From Candidatus Nomurabacteria bacterium GW2011_GWE1_32_28 (lineage in GTDB: Bacteria > Patescibacteriota > Minisyncoccia > Phycocordibacterales > UBA9973), in the NCBI GenBank assembly GCA_000989515.1, contig LBOM01000005.1:2709-66708 (forward strand): 64,000 nt of DNA, written 5' to 3'. The notes under the pieces are model-generated. The model searched no databases, was not told where the DNA came from, and was given only the letters and a program-made list of their open reading frames with translations. Positions 57,708 through 64,000 of this stretch are shown here, one piece after another (the stretch's first letter is position 1; the number at the start of each line of letters is the position of its first letter). The translations under genes and the position numbers were made by a program.

Positions 57708-58527
57708 GGCCCGGAAGGGCTTTGCTACTTCACGAAGAAATTTGTGATGAAAAAGTGGCTAATAACGGTGAAGTCTTCATTGATGTTTCTGATTTGAGAA
57801 AAATAATATCATTCGATCCTTGATATTATGATTCGCTTGAGGACCAGAAATATGATAAGATAATACCGTGGGAAGTCGATTTAAAATTATGAAAGAAATT
57901 GAGAAAGCTTATATTGCTGGTTTTCTTGATGGAGATGGTAGTCTAATGCTTCAAATTAAAAAAAGAAGTGATAGTAAACGAGGAATTCGTTTTATGACAA
58001 CCATTTGTTTCTATCAAGACACTAGACATGAAAAGACTTTATATTGGATGAAAAAGATTTTAGGTATTGGTTATATTTCCAGAAGAAATGATGGAATGAC
58101 TGAACTTAGAATAAATGGATATGTGCAGATTGCAAAAATTCTTAAAGATTTATTGCCTTTTGTAAAATTCAAAAAAATACAAGCTAATATTTTATACAAA
58201 GCTTGTAATCTTTTATCTAAAACAAAGTTTAGTAATCTCTCGGAAAAACAATTAATTAAGCTCGTTGATTTAATTTTAGTTATTCAAGGTGAAAACTATG
58301 TTACTAAAAAGAAAAAAACCAAAAATGAATTGTTTAAAATTTTAAATTTGACCCCGTAACGACTTGTTTCCGACTTTATGTCGGAACGGACTTACATAAC
58401 ACTGGAAAGTTCTAATATATTTAATATATGAGAACAGGTTTATGTTTGTAATACGCCAACGCCTTAACTTTAATTAAAGAAAGGCGAAGATATAGTCTGC
58501 ACTCCTAGAAATAGGGGAGATATGTGA
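57708..58527 (+). mobile_element. Intron (likely group I) in 23S rRNA, inserted inside the sarcin-ricin loop sequence, carrying a homing-endonuclease ORF
   Basis: Exon sequence CTCCTAGTA (ends 57707) resumes as CGAGAGGACCGGAG at 58528; the intervening about 820 nt contains ORF 57868-58359. Confidence 0.55.
57868..58359 (+). CDS. LAGLIDADG-family homing endonuclease (intron-encoded)
   Basis: YIAGFLDGDGSLML LAGLIDADG motif; 163 aa; located within 23S rRNA. Confidence 0.8.
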   Translation: MGSRFKIMKEIEKAYIAGFLDGDGSLMLQIKKRSDSKRGIRFMTTICFYQDTRHEKTLYWMKKILGIGYISRRNDGMTELRINGYVQIAKILKDLLPFVKFKKIQANILYKACNLLSKTKFSNLSEKQLIKLVDLILVIQGENYVTKKKKTKNELFKILNLTP

Positions 58528-58790
58528 CGAGAGGACCGGAGTGAACTGACCTCTGGTGTACGAGCTCTATTGCCAAATGGACTGCTCGGTAGCTATGTCG
58601 GGATTGGATAACCTCTGAAAGCATCTAAGAGGGAAGCCAGCTTCAAGATTAGGAATCGTTAAGAACCGTGAGAGATGATCACGTTGATAGGCTTTAAGTG
58701 TAAGCGAGAAGTACTAATGTTTCGATTCCTGTTAAGAAATTTGTAAATCACAATTAAAAAAATAAAAAAATTCATATTAATATTCATTAT

Positions 58791-58914
<124 letters not shown>

Positions 58915-59036
58915 TTTTTTATTTAAATTTGTCGCAGGATGCCCCGTCTTACAGGCACAGTACACCTTTTGGATTTTTTCATTCACGTTGTTCTGAAAAA
59001 TTCTCAAAAGCTCTTGCACTTGGGTCCCAAACCAAA

Positions 59037-59119
<83 letters not shown>

Positions 59120-59143
59120 CACTGAGTATTTGATTCTTTTAAA

Positions 59144-59222
59144 AACCTAATAAATTAATATTAGGTTTTTTATATATTTATTTGTTTAAAAAATAAAACC
59201 CTTGAATATTCAAGGGTTTTTT
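59144..59222 (+). terminator. Two tandem rho-independent terminators ending the rRNA transcription unit
   Basis: AACCTAATAAATTAATATTAGGTT+T5 (59144-59172) and CCCTTGAATATTCAAGGG+T6 (59199-59222). Confidence 0.7.
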
Positions 59223-59625
59223 GGGTTTTTAAAAGAGTTAAAAAAAAGATATTACTTACAATACATCATGCAATGGCTTTGGCCATTTGTTGCTGTTTTG
59301 CATTAATTATCAAATTTTTCAATTTGATTAATTCAGTCTTTTGACTGTTGATTCCAAGATTTTAAAGAACAATTTTGAAGCTTCTCGAATTTAAATTTAA
59401 GGGTGATGAATGGTTGCGAACCATCAGTGTTTCCATGCTAACCTCCAAATTAATTGATCATCTTTGAATTTATCTTTCCCTAAGAATTTAGGGGGAATAT
59501 ATCTTAAGAACAAACTAGATTCATATAAATGATACATCAAATTTTAGATTAATCAATAGGAAATGTGGAAAAACACAAAAGAAAGGATTTTATAGAAAAC
59601 GCTGTTTTATATATTATTTTGATAC

Positions 59626-59654
59626 TTGACATATTCATTTTTAACTTGTAGTAT
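59626..59654 (+). promoter_or_regulatory. Candidate sigma70-type promoter of the aspS-radical SAM operon
   Basis: TTGACA (59626-59631) - 17 bp - TAGTAT (59649-59654); strong SD AAAGGAGG 8 nt before the ATG at 59720. Confidence 0.4.
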
Positions 59655-59719
59655 CAAATTAAGTATGTGCGCCAAAATATTTTTGGCTTTGATAACTTAA
59701 TAAAAGGAGGTACCACGTT

Positions 59720-59989
59720 ATGGCTACAGAAAGATCAGTAGTTGAAGTCAAAGCACGGTGTAAACCACTCTTAGGTCAATTACCACTAGTTGAGTTTGTT
59801 CAACAAAGTGGTAGTCCTACAGCTGCTTATACTATTATTTTTTCTGAAACTAATAGTAAAGAATTAGCAAAGGCGGGACGATGGCTTGCTGTTTTAAAGC
59901 GAGACTTTCCGCAAGAGTATAATTCTGTCATTTTTTCACTTAAATTAAGCCATGCTAATGAAGCAAGGTTAAAAGGAGAATCATCATGA
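59720..59989 (+). CDS. Small hypothetical protein (89 aa), first gene of the coupled operon
   Basis: Strong SD; stop overlaps the aspS start (ATGA); no recognisable motifs. Confidence 0.4.
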   Translation: MATERSVVEVKARCKPLLGQLPLVEFVQQSGSPTAAYTIIFSETNSKELAKAGRWLAVLKRDFPQEYNSVIFSLKLSHANEARLKGESS

Positions 59990-61305
59990 AAACTGTTTCT
60001 GCAAATCAACATCTCAATGTCCATGCTTGTTCTTTAAATGAATACGATAGACAAAAAATAACCATAAGCGGAGCGATTTACAGAATTCGCAAGTTAGGAG
60101 GAGGGTTATTTTTTATCGTTATTCGCGACGGAGAATCTTTGATTCAATGTAAACTTGAATCAAACGAGAGTATAATTTCTATAGAAGAATATTCTGAAGG
60201 AGATTATGTTTCTATTACGGGTATTTGTCAAAAAGAAAATCGTGCTCCACATGGAGCTGAAATTAAAGTTCAAAGTATAGAAATTTTATCAAAATCAACA
60301 GAAGAGATGCCTTTTTCTATAAATCAAAAGCTCTTTGAAGTTGGTCTAGATAGTAATCTTAACTTTCGTCCAATTAGTTTACGACATCCAAAACAGCGTG
60401 CAATTTTTGCTATTCAATCAGCAATTTCAATGCTTTTCAGGCAGGGATTAAGCTTGATTGATTTTACAGAAATTCACACTCCAAAATTAGTTTTTGCTGG
60501 CGCCGAAGGTGGAGCCAATGTATTCAAGGTAAAATACTTTGAAAGAGAACTTTTTTTGGCCCAATCACCTCAGTTTTATAAACAAATGATGGTTGGAGTT
60601 TTTGGTAAGGTAATGGAGGTGGGTCCAGTATTTAGAGCGGAACCACATGAAACTTCTCGACACCTAAATGAATATACTTCAATGGATCTCGAGGTAGGAC
60701 CAATCAAAAGTTTCGAAGATATAATGGAAATTGAAACTTATCTTCTTAGATATATTTTTGAAGAACTTCCAAAATTCTGTTCAGCAGAATTAAAATTATT
60801 AGAGGTTTCCATGCCACAGATTAATAATATTCCTATTATTAAAATGTCTGAAGCATTGGAAATCATTAGTAAAAATCGTAAAATAAAAGATAGGAGTGAT
60901 CTTGATCCTCAAGGAGAACAGATTATTTGCCAATACATTTTTAAAGAAACTGGTAGCGAATTTGTTTTTGTTACTCACTATCCGACAATTAAACGTCCTG
61001 TATATGCAATGGAAGATCCTGAAAATAATGAAGTTACATTAAGCTTTGATCTACTTTTTCGTGGATTAGAAATCACGACTGGAGGGCAAAGAATCCATGA
61101 CTACAAGATGCAAGTTGAAAAAATGAAACGTCTTGGTTATAATCCAGATGATTTTGTATCTTATCTTCAAATCCATAAATATGGTATGCCACCTCACGGT
61201 GGATTTGGTTTGGGTTTAGAGAGACTAACAATGCAACTTCTTAATCTTTCAAGTATTAAAGAAGCTTGTCTATTTCCAAGAACTATAAATAGGATAACAC
61301 CATGA
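59986..61305 (+). CDS. aspS: Aspartyl-tRNA synthetase, archaeal/eukaryotic type (class IIb, about 439 aa, no GAD insertion)
   Basis: N-terminal OB anticodon-binding domain; FLAQSPQFYKQ Asp-recognition loop; motif 2 FRAEPHETSRHLNEYTSMDLE; motif 3 HGGFGLGLERL. Confidence 0.8.
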   Translation: MKTVSANQHLNVHACSLNEYDRQKITISGAIYRIRKLGGGLFFIVIRDGESLIQCKLESNESIISIEEYSEGDYVSITGICQKENRAPHGAEIKVQSIEILSKSTEEMPFSINQKLFEVGLDSNLNFRPISLRHPKQRAIFAIQSAISMLFRQGLSLIDFTEIHTPKLVFAGAEGGANVFKVKYFERELFLAQSPQFYKQMMVGVFGKVMEVGPVFRAEPHETSRHLNEYTSMDLEVGPIKSFEDIMEIETYLLRYIFEELPKFCSAELKLLEVSMPQINNIPIIKMSEALEIISKNRKIKDRSDLDPQGEQIICQYIFKETGSEFVFVTHYPTIKRPVYAMEDPENNEVTLSFDLLFRGLEITTGGQRIHDYKMQVEKMKRLGYNPDDFVSYLQIHKYGMPPHGGFGLGLERLTMQLLNLSSIKEACLFPRTINRITP

Positions 61306-62603
61306 AAAACTCAGAATATAAAACAAGGCTTTTCCATGGTTTGCCTGCAGTTTTTTGCAATAACCATTGGGTAGTAATATCTCCTTACGCTGGAGAACTG
61401 GTTCGTATTGATGATGATAAATTTGATAGTCAGGAAACAAAAATAGAGCTAGAAAAGAAAGGATTCTTTGGACATCCATCAGAAAAAGGACCTGGTGCTT
61501 TAAGTGATTACCTTCAGTTGACCTTAATTACAAACAGTGATTGCAATTTAAAATGTAGTTATTGTTTTGCTAACGCTGGAGAAACTAAGATTGTTATGGA
61601 AGAGAATGTGGCTTTTGCTGCGGTTCGTTATTCTGTTAAAAAAGCAAAAAGCAGAGATTTATTAATTTCATTCTTTGGTGGTGAACCTTCTTTAACCCAG
61701 TCATTGATTAAAAAAGTTGTTGCTTATGCAAAGCAATCAATAATCGGTACTGAAGTTAAAAAAGTACGTTTTAATATTACCACTAATGGAGTAATGAGTA
61801 AGTCTTTCTTAAACTTTTTAATTGATAATGATTTTTTTCTTACAATTTCAATGGATGGATTACCTATTGTTCAAAACCATCAAAGACCACTAAGATATCC
61901 ATCAAAAGGAAGCTTTGACTCTTCTCCAATTTTGGAAAGAACAGTTAAAACGTTAGTTGCTAAAAAGCATGAATTTATGATCAGAGCTACAGTTACTGAT
62001 TTTTCTGTAAAATATCTTGTGCAAACAATTCAGTATTTAGATAATCTTGGAGTGACTCAATTTCACTGTGAAGTTATAAATCTTGCTGGTAGAGCCATAA
62101 TTAAAACTAAAGGACAACCAATGAAACGTCCGGCAGTAGATGATTTTATAGAAAATCTTAAAGCTTCTATCTTAGAAGCTGGTAAACTAGGAATGGGAAT
62201 TTTAAACTCATCTTACATGAATCTTCTTCAACCATCAGTGCATTTCTGTGATGGTGTGGGAGGAAATAGAATTTCTGTTTCTTATACCGGTGAAGTAACT
62301 ACTTGTCTTGAAGTACAAGGTGGTTGTCATCCAACAGCTGATAATTTTATTATCGGTGCTTATAATAAAGAAACAGGTGATATAGATATTAGTTCTTTAA
62401 AGCAGCTAAAAATTTGCAGTAATCCAATTACTAGTCAAAATTCTTGCTGTAAGGATTGTTTCGCTATTTACATTTGTGGTGGCGGATGTCCAATTCGTAA
62501 CTATCACATGACAGGTGATCAAAATAAAGTAGATCTTTTTCGTTGTCAGGTTATTAAATCAATTTTACCATTTATCTTTGATCTTTTTGACCAAAGCAGT
62601 TAA
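61302..62603 (+). CDS. Radical SAM enzyme with C-terminal SPASM/twitch Cys cluster and about 85-aa N-terminal extension (peptide-maturase-like)
   Basis: CNLKCSYCF (CxxxCxxC) at about aa 81-89; C-terminal ...CSNPITSQNSCCKDCFAIYICGGGCPIRNY; start overlaps the aspS stop (ATGA). Confidence 0.75.
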   Translation: MKNSEYKTRLFHGLPAVFCNNHWVVISPYAGELVRIDDDKFDSQETKIELEKKGFFGHPSEKGPGALSDYLQLTLITNSDCNLKCSYCFANAGETKIVMEENVAFAAVRYSVKKAKSRDLLISFFGGEPSLTQSLIKKVVAYAKQSIIGTEVKKVRFNITTNGVMSKSFLNFLIDNDFFLTISMDGLPIVQNHQRPLRYPSKGSFDSSPILERTVKTLVAKKHEFMIRATVTDFSVKYLVQTIQYLDNLGVTQFHCEVINLAGRAIIKTKGQPMKRPAVDDFIENLKASILEAGKLGMGILNSSYMNLLQPSVHFCDGVGGNRISVSYTGEVTTCLEVQGGCHPTADNFIIGAYNKETGDIDISSLKQLKICSNPITSQNSCCKDCFAIYICGGGCPIRNYHMTGDQNKVDLFRCQVIKSILPFIFDLFDQSS

Positions 62604-62638
62604 ATAGATTAAAATGAATAAGAAGGAGGTGATAAAAG

Positions 62639-62713
62639 ATGAAGACTTATAAACTTATAATTCCAAAAGGAATTATCGTTAAACAAGGTCGCGTTGCTTC
62701 TTGTGACGATTAA
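62639..62713 (+). CDS. 24-codon ORF MKTYKLIIPKGIIVKQGRVASCDD with strong SD (candidate precursor peptide; speculative)
   Basis: AAGGAGGTG 7 nt upstream of the ATG; followed at 62742-62773 by a perfect terminator hairpin; not in the supplied ORF track because it is too short. Confidence 0.3.
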   Translation: MKTYKLIIPKGIIVKQGRVASCDD

Positions 62714-62741
62714 ATTCAAGCCAGTTATTCTGGCACATCAA

Positions 62742-62773
62742 GGGATAGAAAAATTAATTTTTCTATCCCTTTT
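62742..62773 (+). terminator. Rho-independent terminator
   Basis: GGGATAGAAAAATT-AATTTTTCTATCCC followed by TTTT. Confidence 0.75.
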
Positions 62774-62841
62774 ATTATTTTACATCATTGTAAATTTATT
62801 TTAATAATTGTAATATAAATGAGTTCCCTAGTTAAATATTT

Positions 62842-63243
62842 ATGTATAAAAAAGAACAAGAAATAGAAATTAAAAACTTATCACTTTTACCTAAGAATAT
62901 TTTTCATTTAGTTCCTGAAGAACTATTTAATAAGTTTATTAATAAAAATGGTGATTATGATTGTAGATATAAAAAAGTATGGGGAAATAATTCTCCTTTT
63001 ATACATACTACACCCACAAAAAAGCAATTAAAAAAAAGAGTCGCTGATGTTAATTGGTCAAAATATCCAATAAAAAAGAATTTTTTATTATTAAAAATAG
63101 ACACAAGAAAAATTAACAGCAAGGTGACCTATTCAATCTTTGAAAATAATATTTACCACCACATCTGGGGAAAATTACTAAAAGAATCTTTTCAGATAAT
63201 AGATGTCGTTCGTGACAAAAATGGTAAATTTTTATTTTTATAA
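62842..63243 (+). CDS. Hypothetical protein (133 aa)
   Basis: ORF only; Lys-rich; no motifs recognised. Confidence 0.3.
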   Translation: MYKKEQEIEIKNLSLLPKNIFHLVPEELFNKFINKNGDYDCRYKKVWGNNSPFIHTTPTKKQLKKRVADVNWSKYPIKKNFLLLKIDTRKINSKVTYSIFENNIYHHIWGKLLKESFQIIDVVRDKNGKFLFL

Positions 63244-63342
63244 GTTTTTTAAGACGATAAGTAGTTTTGTGTAAATATTATTTTGTAATTTATTAAATAA
63301 AAAGAGTATTCACTACATTGAAGTTGTAAATACTCTTTTGGA

Positions 63343-64000
63343 TTAAAATTTAAAAAATGTTTTAGCATTTTTATAAAAAACTTTCTCTTTTATTCTTTCT
63401 CTCTCTGGAGCTGTAAATGTATTTATGGCTGATCTAATAGCATTCATTGATAACCAATGAGAATGTATTACCCCACTAGCTAAATGAGAATATAAACGAT
63501 GATTTTCTTCGTCAACCCAGTGGTATAAATATTCTGTAATAAGCCATTGACCTTTTTTAGGATGTATAAATACTTGAGACCTAATAAGATATAATGGTTC
63601 ATCACTACCAAACATTATTCTATCTTCACCAAATATATCTAGTGCTAGTTTAACTATTTCTGGAGACGGATTAAGGGCGGTATCTAAAAAAATATTTTCA
63701 TACGTTGTAAACTCTTTAAAGACACTTTTGAGTTGAGGAATCAAAACTTTTAAAGATCCGAGGTGTGCAATTGAAATTTTCAAGTTTGGAAAATCTTTTA
63801 AAACTTGTTTTAAGTCTCCCTTACTTTCGGTTATAATTTTTGGTAAATGAAGAATAATTGGAATACCAAGTGTTTGAGCTTCTTCTAATATTTTTGGTTT
63901 GAAAAACTCATAGATTTTTGTAGCTGTAGGTTCTACATAAGAGTAATACATTTTCAAAGCTGAAACTCTTGGATTACTTAACATTGATATTGTATATTCT
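63343..64000 (-). CDS. Amidohydrolase-2-family (TIM-barrel metal-dependent hydrolase)-like protein, N-terminus probably beyond the window edge
   Basis: C-terminal-half motifs (IAHLGS, FGSDEP); no N-terminal HxH within the window. Confidence 0.45.
   Translation of the reverse strand, partial: EYTISMLSNPRVSALKMYYSYVEPTATKIYEFFKPKILEEAQTLGIPIILHLPKIITESKGDLKQVLKDFPNLKISIAHLGSLKVLIPQLKSVFKEFTTYENIFLDTALNPSPEIVKLALDIFGEDRIMFGSDEPLYLIRSQVFIHPKKGQWLITEYLYHWVDEENHRLYSHLASGVIHSHWLSMNAIRSAINTFTAPERERIKEKVFYKNAKTFFKF

Noticed and set aside
59986-61305. The AspRS-like gene as a non-canonical, tRNA-independent amino-acid ligase (EpmA/PoxA- or AsnA-like paralogue)
   Set aside because: It keeps the N-terminal OB anticodon-binding domain, the QSPQ aspartate loop and all three class II motifs at full AspRS length. 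It is most parsimoniously the housekeeping archaeal-type AspRS. Its coupling to the rSAM gene is noted as a finding instead.

Overview
The window is AT-rich (rRNA and a few patches are GC-rich), with short genes that often overlap by 4 to 22 bp. I infer a streamlined, probably CPR/Patescibacteria-like bacterium from several features. The 23S-5S rRNA locus has no 16S or tRNA nearby. The 23S carries at least two insertions or introns, one encoding a LAGLIDADG homing endonuclease. A type IV pilus cluster sits alongside ComEC. Most of the window is core housekeeping. It holds a pilB(partial)-pilC plus four pilin-like genes, then tpiA-pgk, a HIT protein, recJ and rnhA. ComEC is split around a convergent sodA. 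Further on are glyA, tmk, a MazG-like gene, argS, ileS (with an inserted histidine-phosphatase domain), recO and glyQS. After an M16 peptidase come metG, tatD and the rpsF-ssb-rpsR cluster. Next are efp, recA, ftsK, rplJ-rplL, a 23S rRNA, a 5S rRNA plus a truncated 5S copy, and an archaeal-type aspS. The accessory content is more unusual. (1) A three-gene operon coupled by ATGA overlaps: small protein, AspRS, then a radical-SAM/SPASM maturase-like enzyme. It is followed by a strongly SD-driven 24-codon ORF and a terminator, and is my best candidate for an undescribed peptide-modification system. (2) A REP/RAYT-like locus. It has five copies of a CGGGTGTTGGACACCCG palindrome, one inside the HuH gene itself. 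It also has roughly 115-bp direct repeats flanking a membrane-protein gene. (3) A dispersed family of tandem octamer repeats (AATTACGA)n in intergenic regions and in-frame inside rnhA. (4) A second palindrome family CCACAAGTTSAACTTGTGG lying just downstream of three surface-protein genes. (5) A roughly 305-bp MITE-like element with 20-bp perfect terminal inverted repeats upstream of ftsK. (6) An S1 serine protease with a Bacteroidetes-style T9SS C-terminal sorting domain. (7) A secreted lipase and a 992-aa Ig-like adhesin share one frame but are interrupted by a single in-frame TAG. (8) An S-layer-like 1096-aa Thr/Ser/Ala-rich protein with a peptidoglycan-binding N-domain. All calls come from reading the translated ORFs and the raw sequence. 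No database searches were run.
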